Notes under the pieces: generated by a model
What the model saw: the letters and a program-made list of their open reading frames with translations, nothing else
Told to the model about the DNA's origin: nothing
Database searches by the model: none
Shown: piece by piece, positions 1 to 15,859 of the stretch
Layout of the letters: every line of letters starts with the position of its first letter
Numbering within the stretch: the stretch's first letter is position 1
NCBI RefSeq assembly: GCF_009914755.1
Contig: NC_060926.1
Source: the human T2T-CHM13v2.0 reference genome, Homo sapiens
Length of the DNA stretch: 64,000 bases
Strand: one strand, 5' to 3'
Made by a program: the position numbers and the translations under genes

Positions 1-2305
1 TAAGGTGGAGCGTGAAGTGTTCCAGTTGTTTTCAGCAACAAGTAAATCAGTGCCTTTGGGCATGGGTGATACTTGGTCAATGACTGAATCTGTTCCTGCC
101 TCCAAAATATCTCAGCTTGGTTTCTTCAAACCAATTAACTCTGTTTTAGTAAGAGGAGGTTTGCTCATACCTTCTTTAATGAGATTAATAATATCAGTCC
201 TTCCATAAAATCACTAATGTATAAAACAACCCCAAATCTCCATCCTCGATTGACTCCAGCAGATATTTATGAGTTTTTCCTGCTGGGTGTCACATATGCT
301 GTTTGATATGGATGTGGACTTCAGTTCTGTTCTTTTTTCCAAGAAAAAATTTCAAAACAACTTTTAAAAAAAATGACGTGGGCCCTGTGCTGCTTAGTTA
401 GCTGAGATGCCCTTAGATAAGAATTGTAACCATTTAGAAGGCACGTAGGCTAGTTAATCAATGAAATTATCAGTGTCTTCTCTTAAAGAAAATAGTACAC
501 AGAAAAGGTAAAATCTAACTCAAATTGCATATAATAATTGCTGAAGACATTTATATGACACTTCAGAGCTACAGAATACCTTCACATCCACGATTTCCCT
601 GAATCCTTAGAAGATTGTTGGGAGATAGATGTTATTTTCTTTTTAACAGGTTGAGTATCTTGCCTGAGGTGACACAGGTGCTGCATGACCGCAGCCAACT
701 CCACTTATATGTAATTTCTTTACTGAGAGCAAACCTGACCTCTGCTAAGTGAGGTGCTGGGGTTACAACCATGAATAAGACAATGTCTTTCTTCACATTG
801 TGTTTGCAGTGTGCATACACGCATTGTCAGTAAAATGTCTAATACTTGTTGGAATCAGATAGAAAGCAGTGTTTTTTTGCCAACAGACAAGAAAACTCCA
901 GTCAGACATGATTCTGGTTCAGCTTGACCTGACCCGCTTCAGCTTTGTCCTGGGAAGATCATAAATCATGATGAAAACATTGCCCAGTCCTTGTTCCCAT
1001 TACCTCTTTGCCAGATCCACACAAGTTGCCAAGGGACTGATTTATCAGATTGTTGTTATGAGGACGGCTAATGCCACATTCATCGTGCCAGGTAGTATCT
1101 GTACCCAAGATCCTCCCTAGGAAAAAGCAGCAAGAGTTGAAGTTCCGAGAACTAAGAGGAAACTATGACCTAAAAGAGGTCACCTATGACCACGGGTCAG
1201 CTAGGTGTGAATGAAAAATTATTCTGCTGATTTATGAAGTGGAAAATATGACAGGAACTAGTGTTTATTCTAGTAAATTCCATGAATTTTACTGAAATCT
1301 TGTCAAAAACCAATATGTGAATCTTTCAAACTGTTAGCCAAAAGCAAATGTTAGTGGTCTGATTAGTGGAGTTATCCCAGCAAGCATGTAAAATGTCACA
1401 AATGACTTTAACCTGGGTTAGCCTTGTCCTTCCACCTGCCTCTCTCTGCACTGAGACACCTCCCTCTTGTATATTGAGGAATGAGCTTTGTCCCTCATAT
1501 CTTTCCTGAACCCAGGGAGTTACTCTGGCATCGTCATGACTCACTCTGCAGCCGGGAACCATCTAGAACGTGCAAACATTGTCTTCATTGATGGAGGCCG
1601 CCTTTCCTTCACATGGGGCCAGCAACAGGAAAGGCTGGTTTTTTTTTTTTCTTTTTTCTGCCCAACCTATTTGTTTCCCACATTGTCATCCTACAAAGCA
1701 GTACAGGTATATCAGTTGTTACTGATTGGCAAGATAACCAAAGGAACTGGGCAGAAAAAGCAGTAGTTTAGTCTAAGAGAGATAGTCTAGGGGCAAAGCA
1801 CCCAGCAAGTTGAAGGCCTTGCAGTGGTTCCTGCGTGAACTCTCCCCAACTCATAACCTGTTGCCCTGTCTGCACCTTTCTGGTGTAATCTCTGCTCCTT
1901 ATGTAATCTCTAGATGCAAACCTCCACCTTTGTAAACCCTCACCCCTAACCTCAGTGGTCATCCTTCCCTCATGGGTTAGTAACCCTGAGTCATTCCATC
2001 TAGAATAAATTCCAGAGGTGCTCCAGCTGGGCAGTCCAAAGTGGTGCCATCCCAGGTAAACGTCATGTCTGGGTCCTCTCTGAGAATTTCCCATTAATGA
2101 AAGCTGTAGACATTCCTCTTTCTTCAGCTATTATCCTGTGAATGACTGTCAGCCAATATACACATATCTCTAAAGGACAGACATTCACTCTTAGGGATGG
2201 GATAGCCAGAGTGTAACTAGAAATCACAAAGTGGTAGCCACAAACATGTTTTATTTGGGGCTGCATTTAAAAAGAAGAGAGAAAGAGAGAGAGGGAATCA
2301 GTTTC

Positions 2306-2817
2306 TGAGGCAGACAGAATAATAGTCCCCTCCAGAAGTCCATGTCCTAACCCAGAACCTGGGAATATGCTTATTTCCAAGGCAGAAGGGACTTTGCAGA
2401 TGAGAATAAGTTAAGGATCTTGAGGTGAGGAGGTTATGCTGGATTAATCAGGTGGGCCCGATGGAATCGCAAGGGTCCATATAAGGGAAAGAAGGATGAA
2501 GGAGAATCAGAGTGAGAGAAATAGAGGTGATCAAGGAAGCAGAGGGTCAGAGACAGAGAGATGCGAAGATGCTATGCTGCTGGCTTTGAAGGTAGTGGTG
2601 GAGGCCACAAGCCAAGAAATGCAGGTGGCATCTAAAAACCAGAGAAGGCAAGGAAATGGATTCATCTGCAGAGCTTCAGAAGGGAGCATAGCCCACCAAC
2701 ACCCTGATTTCCACCCATGACAAACATCTGACCTCCAGAACTATAAGATGGTAAATTTGTATTGTTTAAGCCACTGTCTGTGGTAACTTGTTACAACATC
2801 AATAGGAGGCTGATACA
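2306..2817 (+). mobile_element. MaLR solo LTR (MLT1D-like)
   Basis: TG...CA termini, 5-bp TSD GTTTC and MLT1 motifs (GACTTTGCAGATG, CCTCCAGAACT, TTTAAGCCACT). Confidence 0.85.
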
Positions 2818-4179
2818 GTTTCCACCATTTAAAAGCAGAAGTTTTGAGGTTAAAAAAAAATCTTTCAGACCTCTCTTAGAAAATAGAAAAAAAAATCTGT
2901 CCACAGAAGGTCTACTTTCCAGGACAGAATTGGCATAGTAGCCTCTGCCTCTGTTAGAAGTAGAATGGGGTCTGCAGTTCTGTACCACTCCTACTTTCGC
3001 TGTGTTCTCAAATGCTGAGGGTGAAGAGCCAGCTACGGATTACTATGGACTTGGAGCTTGCAATTCATGGCTGCCCTCTTCACTCAGTACCCTTTCATCA
3101 CAAGCGGTCACACCATTCTTCCTCTGTCCTTTAACTGACTTGAACAACAGCCTAAATGGCCAGTCATTTGAAGTTTAAAAACTTGCCAATGGAAGCCTTC
3201 TGCTTTTATCTTTGCCTCTGAAAGACATTAGACAGAAAATTGGAATGAACCAGGGATGAGAGGTAAGTGTGTCCACAGGCAAGCAAGAAGGAGGGACAGA
3301 ATCACCCAGGTAAGTATCACCAATGTGGCTCCATATGATCCTGGGTTCAGACAGTTTACTTTGACAGTATTATTTCATAGGTCATTTGTAGTTATCACCT
3401 ACACAAATGAGGATTCTGCAGATTATGATCACTTGAAGTCCTAGCTTTTTATTTTTTTCAATTTGAGGGAAGAGGGAGCCTAAATTAGATTTTAGCAATA
3501 TCTGGTCAGTGATTAATGTATACTACATTTTATAAAATTATCTTTTAAATCCAGTGAATGTTAGCCAGAATTTGGGTTGTTTTGTCTGAAAAGAAAAGCT
3601 TTGGCCACAAAACAATCTTCTAATGGTCTTGAAAATAGAAATGCATAATGCTGAATGTACTTAAAGTGTGCCCAAAGTAAAGTATTTCTGCCATGGAAAC
3701 CACCCGCTCAGCAACTTGACCACTAAAGAATGTTTCCACTCTATAGAGAGAATCTATGGCCAAGCCAGGAACACCAATGATGAGCTGTAAATGCTTGCAG
3801 TTATACAAAAGGCCACTTTATAAAATGGCGTTGGTATTTTTCTTTTCCAGTAACACTGAATATCAAAAGGTAGCACCGACAGTACATTTCCAGAAATCAT
3901 AATCATTTCCTCAGTAAAAAACACCTATTCAGAGCCTTCACCTGTTAACAGGCAACTTTACCTGGCTTTATTTTTATAACACCTCTGAAGGCTCAGCTCT
4001 GCAACTGGCCAATCATTGTGGACAGGCCAGTTCTATTATTAGATTGGTTTTGAAGTGTAAGCAGTCCAGAATAGTGGCAGAGATTTATTCTCCAAAATTG
4101 GCTGTTCCCTCTCAGTGTAAACTCTAGTCAAAGAACTATTCTCTCTGGGAAATGGATTTGGAAAATGAGGTAGTTTTAA

Positions 4180-4529
<350 letters not shown>

Positions 4530-4636
4530 ATGAATACATTGTTTCAGGAACTAAGTCACTCTTTTCTCTGTGGTACATGTGATGTCAAAGTGCACCACGT
4601 GGGGATACACATTGTTAACCTATTTGTTTTGGGACC

Positions 4637-4850
4637 TGTATTAGTGTGCTAGGGCTGTTTTAACAAAGTCTCACAAACTAGGTGGCTTACAAAATAAATG
4701 TACTGTCTCTCAGTTCTGGAGGCTAGAAATCCAAGATCAAGATGTTGGCAGGGTTGGTCCCTTCTGAGGGTTCTGAAAGAGAATCTGTTCCAGATTCTAG
4801 TGGTTTACTGGCAACCATGGGAATAATTTGGCTGCATCACCCTGGTCTCT
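4637..4850 (-). mobile_element. MLT1 LTR fragment
   Basis: Contains TGTATTAG...CTAGGGCTG and CAGTTCTGGAGGCTAGAAATCCAAGATCAAG, typical of the reverse strand of the MLT1 3' end. Confidence 0.75.
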
Positions 4851-5091
4851 TTCCAGGGTGAGGAGAGTCAACTTTCCTCCATATTATACTCTGATCTTGT
4901 CCTCTTTCCCTGCTCTATCCCTTGGGACTGCATTTATTCCTTGGCTCCAAGATCACCTTTAGGCAGCTGATTCTGTATAAGTTGCTATTTCTAGCCTTGA
5001 CTTCTCTACCTAGCTACAAACTCATGTTTCCAGTTGTTTGTATCTGAACGGCAGTAAAACTAAAACTGAAAACATCATCTCATTCTCCTTG

Positions 5092-5197
5092 AGCCATCTT
5101 CTCCTACTACATTGTTTCTGTTAATTTATTATTCTTGTATTCAGCCGTCTTTTCCTACTACATTGTTTCTGTTAATTTATTACTCTTGCATTCAGCC
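5092..5197. repeat. 51-bp tandem duplication (2 copies)
   Basis: TCCTACTACATTGTTTCTGTTAATTTATTA occurs at 5102 and 5153, with about 4 mismatches over the unit. Confidence 0.9.
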
Positions 5198-5575
5198 AGA
5201 ATGTACCTTGTGGTCATCATACTTTTTTTTTTCTCTTGTTCTCTTATATCCCGTTTTTCTAGAACCGTGTTGTCTCTGTTTCTGATATGTAAATTTTCTG
5301 CCTCTGAGTCGTCCTAGTCCAGATCCTCATTACTTTTCACCTGGGTGGCTTAAATTGCTCCCTGTTATCTCAGCCTCTCTTTGCTGCATTCTAAACTATT
5401 CCCTGTTCATCCGCTTTAACCTTCCAAAAGTTCAGCTGAAAAACATTTGTTCCCCCATTCTCTATAAATTTCAAACTGAGACATAAATTCTAAACCAGTA
5501 TTTGTAACTGCTATACTGTGGATATACTCTTCTCGTTTTCCTCATCACCTGCCAGTGCTGCACAGGTACCCACTT

Positions 5576-5930
5576 TGTATTAGTCCATTCTCACACTGCT
5601 AATAAAGACATACTTGAGACTGGGTAATGTATAAAAGAAAGAGGTTTCATTGATTCACACTTCAGCATGGCTGGGGGGGCCTCAGGAAACTTACAATCAT
5701 GGCAGAAGGAGAAGAAACACATCCTTCTTCACTTGGCGGCAACAAGAGCAGAGCAAAGGAGAGGGAAAGCCCCTTATAAAACATCAGATCTCACTATCAT
5801 GAGAACAGCATGGAGGTAACGGCCCCCATGATTCAATTACCTCCCACTGGGTCCTACTCATGACATGTGGGGATTATGAGAAATACAATTCACGATGAGA
5901 TTTGGGTGGGGATACAGCCAAACCACATCA
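5576..5930 (-). mobile_element. THE1 solo LTR (THE1C/D-like)
   Basis: Runs TGTATTAGTCCATTCTCAC...CAGCCAAACCACATCA with near-TSD CACTT/CTCTT. Confidence 0.9.
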
Positions 5931-8900
5931 CTCTTCTTTGGCCAAACTAGACAACTTTCTTTGTTTCTTTTCTTTTCTTTTCCTTTCTTTTCTTTTTTTT
6001 AATTAAAGGATTTGATAGAAATGGATTATTCCCAACTATGCATCCTTTATGGCCAAAGACTTACTTATTCCATATTCTACATAAAGTCGTTTTCTGACAG
6101 ACTAACAGGATCTGTGATGGCTAGCATTTTATTTGATCCTTTTTTATTCCACTTAACATGAGCCCTAATAAAGAGATGGGCTCATGGCATACACTCAACA
6201 AATGTAGTAGCTGACAGCCTTTACCAATAGGCCTTGCTTTAGAGTTATTAGCATGCTTATCTATTCTGTCTGCTAGATTGTAAGCTCCTAGAAAGTGAGG
6301 ATTCTATTTTATTCATCTCTATAAGCCCTGACAATGGTTTGTTCTGGGCCTCGAATAGACAACCAAGAAAGACTGTTAATTTAAACTAAAAACTGTATTG
6401 GAAAATCAACTTAACACACCAAGAAATTGTGTTCCCAGCCAATATATGAGCAGAAGGTTGAAATTATTATTTGATCTTAAATATCTTGTTAAATTTGCAT
6501 TAACCACTAGATTATGTAACTTTATCTTTGAAACGTCATAACACCTCTCTTACAAATGTTCCATAGGCTGCTAATGGCTGGGGACTTGGAAAAGAGGGGT
6601 GGGAAACAGAAGAAGGAAGCTTCATATGCTTATAAACTCTATTGAAAGTGGAAAAAGTAATCTTAAATCTTAGTCTTAAGAACGTCCCCATAGACAAAAT
6701 TTGCAAACATAGTTATTTCTATTGCTCTTTAGTACAAGATTTCTTGCAAGAGACAAGGCTTAGCTTTGCCTAATTATTTAAATTGAACAGTCAGTAATAA
6801 ATGTTGGTCTTCTTGGGCTTCCCCACAAGCTGACAATGAATCATCCTGGTCTATATTTCTAATTTATCTTGGAGTCTGAACTCACCTACAGAGGGATGGG
6901 AGACTACTTTCTTCAAAAGGACATCTTTGGTTTCCCCTCAGCTGGTGGGATACATATTCAATTACAATGATGCTGGGATTTCTAAAAATGTAGAAGAACT
7001 TGATACTGTAACAGTTGTCGAGTACCTTGCTTGAAACAAATGAAATCTAAAAATGTAGGTAAATGAGTATGAAAAATATTCACCATTTGTATCTATGTAG
7101 GAGGCATAGGGATCACTTCCCACAGCAAGTTGCTCTAGCCTAGGATACTTTAAAATGTAATTCAAGTTGTAAAATGTGATAGACATTATTATTTCCAGAA
7201 AATATCTACCAAATTATAGATTGAAAATCAATTGTATATAAGTCACTGTTTTGTAGATCCTATTTCAAAATCAAGCCACAACTACGTGAAAGAACTTGTC
7301 TGGGTCTTCAGAAATGATCCAATATTCAGGATAATTGTTGTTTACTGTGAAGGGCAGTCAAAAACCAAACCAGTTCTGAGTATTCAGATTAGCTCAGTGT
7401 TTCAGAGGTTAAGCGCTGGAGGCAGGTGTCTAGGCTTAGATCCCAACTGTATCCCCTAGTAACTACATTAGCTTTGACAAAGGTATCTAACCTCATTACG
7501 CATCAAGTTCTCATCTATGAAATAAGGATAAGCGTTGCCTTCCTCAAAAGCTTACTATGAACATTAAAAGAGACTGTACATAAACGGCCTACTCCAAAGC
7601 AGCCACTCAAGCTACTTTAGCTATTTTTAATTCATAGCAGTCGGTTACTCTATCAAATTAAGCTGATAACTATGCTTCTTTTCTTTTTTTTTTTTTTTTT
7701 GGCACTGAGGTATTTGGATTTCTATGGCTTTTTAAAAACAGCTTTATTGAGATATAATTCACATACTATACATTTCACCCATTTAAAGTATACAACTGAA
7801 AGGCTTTTAGCATGTTCAGAGTTGAGTAGCCATCATCACATCTAATTTTAGATCATTTAAAAATATTTTTTGCTTAATTAATTAATCTTTTAAAAAAATT
7901 TGTCATATTATTCCTGCCTCTTACAATTATTGCTAGGTTCTCTGTAAGTATATGTTGAATGAAAGAAGAAACCACTTTATTACTGGAACTGCCAGTATTT
8001 TTGAAGTTGGAGAAATGAATAAAATGTAATTAGCATGAGGACAATTCTGGATGAGTTTTTTCTTCCTGGCTGTGTCACAGGAAGTCTAAGACCAATCCAG
8101 CTTGTAGAGCAGAGAAAAAGCCACAAAAGTATTATTTTTCAACAGCTGGCTTGTAGGTTGGATAGTCTGCCCTGAGAATAGAATGAGTCTCCTGATCCAA
8201 ATATATATAATATTTTTTAAAGGCTTGGGGGAGTAGCAAGGGCAACCCTATACTCCTAGGTGGTGTACAGAGTAGTAATAAAAAGTCACAGGGTGGGAGA
8301 TCGTGAATGTCTTTAAAATTCTGAGGTCTGAAAAAGAACTCTGGATAAAAAGTACCTTAAGGTACATTACTTCACTTTAAGGACAGGGGAGTCTATTGAT
8401 GTTTATTTCATCCCTAGCTAAGCAAAGATTGACTAAGATCAGCTATCCATGACTCAGCATTTGAGGGAGAGGGTTCTATTTAGTGTTAGCTTGGACAGGA
8501 CACAGAAAGTTAGTACCTGGGCAGGAAATTTAAACCCTAGCAGTGGTATTCCAAGGCCGTGGTTCTGAGGTTGAGGTGAGATGGGCTAAAAATGAGATCA
8601 AATGGCAAATGAAGGAAAACTGGAACTACTTCACAAACTTGCCTAGGTTGAGTTCTGTTCAAAACACCCACAAACACACATTCACCAACATTCACATTCC
8701 TTGGTTCATACACACTGATTGAAAACATATTAGACTTTGGATTTTTCTTAAATAAATCAATAGGTTTTTAGCAAGCTAAACATGTTTATTGTTAACAGTC
8801 ACCAGAACTTTCTTTGGACTAGTTCAGGCAACAGCTGCATAAATATTTCTCACACTGGCTGTCTGCCCCACTCGCCTTTTTTGCAGGAAAGACCACATCT

Positions 8901-9099
8901 TTTTTTTTTTTCCAGTTTAGTTCACTGGTTGTATCTCATGTGGACTGACTAAAGAATGTTATTTCTAAAAGTAGGAGTGTTCCAAGTATAACTATGACTT
9001 CTGGCAACTAAAGAGAGGCCACTAAACGATTTTTTCCCTCTATTTTGCTGATTCCAGTTCATCCTTCAAGACTTAGCTCAGAATATTCAGTATTAAGAA

Positions 9100-10990
<1,891 letters not shown>

Positions 10991-13519
10991 TTTATATTTT
11001 CATGATTATTTGGAATTCTTGAATGAGCAAAAAAAAAAAAAAAACAAAAAAAACCACTACCCAAACAGAACAGACACAACTGAAGCATGTCTTCTCAGGA
11101 AGCCTTCTCTTACTCCAGGTTGGTCTGGACATTGCCCTCTAACCTCCCATAGCAGCCTATACACATCACCACAGCCCTTCCACATCACAATATAAAGATA
11201 TTTATTTGTATGCTTTGCCTTTCCTTACAAAACATCAGTAAATACATCTGATATCCTATTATTTTGTTTTTCCTGTGCTGAGCTCAGTGACTGACACATA
11301 GCAGGCACCAATGACTCAACCTATTTGGGAATTCAAACTAGCCTCCCCTAAAATTATATATTGTAGGAGGGAGTAGGTGTGAGTTTTATGAGATTAAGAT
11401 GTGTATTTTTCCCCAGTAGTTTTCATAAGCTAGATAAATTGTGGGGAAATACAAAGTAATGACCTATTTATATGGATCTACCTTTAAGCAAGGTTCAAGG
11501 TCCCACTAAATTAACATCCTTCAGAATTCTTATTGGAAGTACTGCTGTTTAAGTCTTGCTTGCTACTGACACTAACTTGATACTGGGAATATGTCTACTT
11601 TTCTGAAACTCTCACTTCCTGTATCTGCAAATTAGAAATGAGAATAATTCACCCAGCAACAGGAATGACTGGCGATGAGGAATAGCTAAGAGCGTTTGCT
11701 CGAGGGCTCTATTTTAAGTATGCCTCAATTCAGCTCCAAATTTTCCAGTGAACTCTATTTTGACATTGAAAAACAATGTTTTGGCACTACGCTATATTCA
11801 GAGACTTTCACAATAAGCTCCTCTTATCAGTTCACCATGTGATGTTTTCCTTTAGCCAGATCACTCATTTTATTCTGGGGTTAGCACTTTTGGACCATAG
11901 TTACAGATATGAACTGTGGATAGAAACGGTCTCTAACTTGTAACTATTATTATTTAGTAACATAAAATACAAAATACATGGAAGAGGGGAGTAGGTAACA
12001 TATTGGGGTACCCAGTATGTTACCTACCCAAAGGGTTAAAAGGAACCCCCTAACTGAAATTATTTAAAAGCTGAAAGACCTAAACTCCCTATCCAAACTG
12101 TTAATATATTCATAACCATATTTTAAGGGATGGTGTTGGTTTTGTGGTGTTGATGATTCTATTACTGCTTTTAACAATTCAAAGACATACTGGTATTAAA
12201 TGAAGTTACAGCTTTACCCATTGTTAGACTAACCAGAGATAAGCACTTGGCATTATTTCCATCCTTAGGTCTTCAAGTAGTTATCTCATCATTAGTTTGT
12301 TTCCCTGTGTTTAGAAGGGTGTGATTTTCACACACTCCTCCAGCCAATGAAAACACCAGTTTTTAATAAGCACGTGAAAACTGTGACTCTTATTTTATAA
12401 ACGTTGACACTGACAGGTTGATTCATGTCTGAGTATTTGTTTGATCTTTGGAAGTTAAACTTGGAATTTCTACAATGTGTTATGTTAAACATGTGTCACC
12501 ATTTTGAACATAACATATTGCATAAAACTGTTTATAAGACCTGTATGCATTGCTAAGCATTTGTTTGCTTAAAATCAAAGATCTAAGAGTTTTAAGAACT
12601 GCAAAACATCTGAGAATATGAATGATATGCTGCCAGGAAAGAGAGAAAAACAAAGGACGATTAGAACTGAGAAGAGTGAAAAAAAAGTATCAGATGCAAA
12701 TAACCTACAAGCCACAGTCAACACATTTGCACATGAAGAAAACAGTATAACATAATTTATAACACATTTTGACATATATTTATATTATACTTCAATTAAC
12801 TTAGTTCTAAGATCATACAGTCTTTTCCTTCTTCTTTACACAAATACATATTTCACTTTTAAAAGAGGGCAGTCTTACAGTCAATTTAATGACTATTAAC
12901 ACATCACAATAATAGACTTTTGAAAAAGTCTGCTTATATCTTCCTAAACCTGTGTTTCCAAATGAATGGTATAAGTTGTTCTCCCATTAAGTCAACCACT
13001 GGGCTCATTAAGATATGTATTTGAGAAGAATGAGCTTGTTAGTAAACGTATAGATAAAAGATTTAGGTAAGGATTAGGACCTGCTAAAGTGACTGCTGTT
13101 AAACCAGCTACATCTAATTCTCAATACTACTAATGTAGCTCTAAGCAACCTAAAACAATGACCCACTGTGAAAGATAAGTGATTCATCTCACTTGTTGCT
13201 TACTCTCTGACCATTCTCTCAGGTTTTATTGGTTACTGTATAACTTTTTATTAGTTATCTTTCATGATTTCAAATAATAGGCTTAAATTCTCTTTATTTT
13301 TTCATTAATTTTAGGAAGTATCTCAATTTCCTCTCCACAAAGTGAGAACGTATGAATGCTCCACTATCCTTCACTTCTTCTCACCTGTAACTCCCAGGTT
13401 TTGTTAACTATACCTGACTTTTAAATTACTGGTATTTATAACATTTACAGTATACCCTATCTTTGTTTTATGAAGTCTTGGGTTTTTTTGGTTTTTTAAT
13501 ATAAAATCTTGTGGGTTGT

Positions 13520-13814
13520 TTGTTCGTTTGTTTTAGAGACAATATCTCCCTCTGTTGCCCAGGATAGGGTGCAAGTGGTGCATCGTAGCTCACTATAGCC
13601 TCAAATTCCGGGCTCAAGTGATCTTTCTGAGTAGTTGGGACTACAGGTGCGTATCACCATGCACAGCATATTTTTTTTTTAATTTTTTATTTCTTCAGAG
13701 ACTGAGTCTCCTATGTTTCCCAGACTGGTCATGAACCCCTGGCCTCAAGCAATCCTCCCACCTCAGCCTTCCATGTAGTTGGGATTACAGTAGGCATAAG
13801 CCACCATACCTGGC
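13520..13814 (-). mobile_element. Alu (AluJ-type)
   Basis: Diverged reverse dimer (GCTCACTATAGCCTC, CTCAAGCAATCCTCCCACCTCAGCC). Confidence 0.9.
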
Positions 13815-13815
13815 A

Positions 13816-13930
13816 AAGTCTTGTTTATATAAAGGCTTTTAAAATAAAGCCTTGTTTTTAAATAAAGTCTTGGTTTTTAAAATAAAGTCTTGTTTTTTTA
13901 ATAAAGTTTTGTTTTATAAAGTCTTGTCCT
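13816..13930. repeat. About 19-20 bp minisatellite, consensus AATAAAGTCTTGTTTTT(A), about 6 copies
   Basis: Visible tandem array directly next to the AluJ. Confidence 0.85.
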
Positions 13931-14128
13931 TATTTTGTTAAGTCTTCTAAGCTTTGTTTACTGGTTGATTCTAAAAGTTAGAAAGGAATAGCATATAGAA
14001 CATTATTATTATGTTGATATTATTCACTGCAAAATCAAGTATTATGATTAAACCTCAGGAGAAAGAAATGTAATCCTATGTAAGGAAAACTTTGCCACTC
14101 AAAGGAAATGATTTAAGAATCAAAGTAT

Positions 14129-14439
<311 letters not shown>

Positions 14440-15532
14440 AAGTAAACTTAATTTTCTTTTCTTTTACTCCAGTAATTCCTCAGCATCATGCCATATGAAA
14501 CAGTTTACTTTGTTTCATGTCTGGAACATGACTTTCTTGTACAAGTTTTTGTGTTTTTCCTAAAGTTTCTTGTTGCTTTTTTTCCAGATTACACAAGAAA
14601 CATATAAACGCTTCATCATTGCATTAAGGTAGTCCAGCTTCTCCTCCTATGCTCCCCACCCCCCGTTCAGCTCCTCTGTTTATCTGCTCTCTCTTACTTG
14701 ATTTCTCAATAGAAAGGTATTTGACATCCTAGATTAATCTTTATGATCTCTCACTTTTTTTCTCTCATAGTTACTTTGTCTGTTTGCTCTACTTTTAAAC
14801 CTAGCCTTTTATTGAATGGAGGGAGGGAGGGGCAATCATATTTTTAATTTCCTCTTGTTCTCTTTTTGCATAAAACCGTGTACTTTCTTTATAGATACCA
14901 TTCTTTCATCAATCTCTGAGGACATTAACTAGAATTTTTTAAAATTTTTCTTCCCTAAATAACCTGTTTTTGTTGGTCTATGACTTTCTTTTTTCATCTT
15001 AGCCCTATCTGATGCTGCTGGTTTTCCCCAGATATCTGGCCATCAGTGGTTATCTGCACAAACTCATGAGAGAAAGACTAGATTGATGAATTCAAGTAGC
15101 TCGTGTGGATTTCCTCTGTTGTTAAGTGGGGTTTTTCTTAACAGATATCACACCGACTGGAAGGATTTCTGTGCTAGTGGGCAAGTCATGTCATTGGGTA
15201 GACTTCTTTAAGATACATGGGCAGAGAGCGCAAAAGTAAATCAGGGTTCCACTCCCAATATCAGAACAGGAGGGTGTGCTCTGGGCAGGGGTTGTGGTGG
15301 GGCATACCTTCACCAAGAGTACTACCCCCATCCTAACTGTTAACTTGCTTCAGCCATTCACTTGCAAATGTCACCATGTCAGTTTCACTGCAAATGTATT
15401 CTGCATGGGTGACAGGAGCAGCTGTTTTTTATAGATCCTTCTGCCAACTTTCCTCACTGGTTCTCCTTATCTGTCAATCTAAGCTACTCCGGAAAGAATG
15501 GCTTGTACCTGTGTTACAGCCTTTTGTACTAG

Positions 15533-15859
<327 letters not shown>

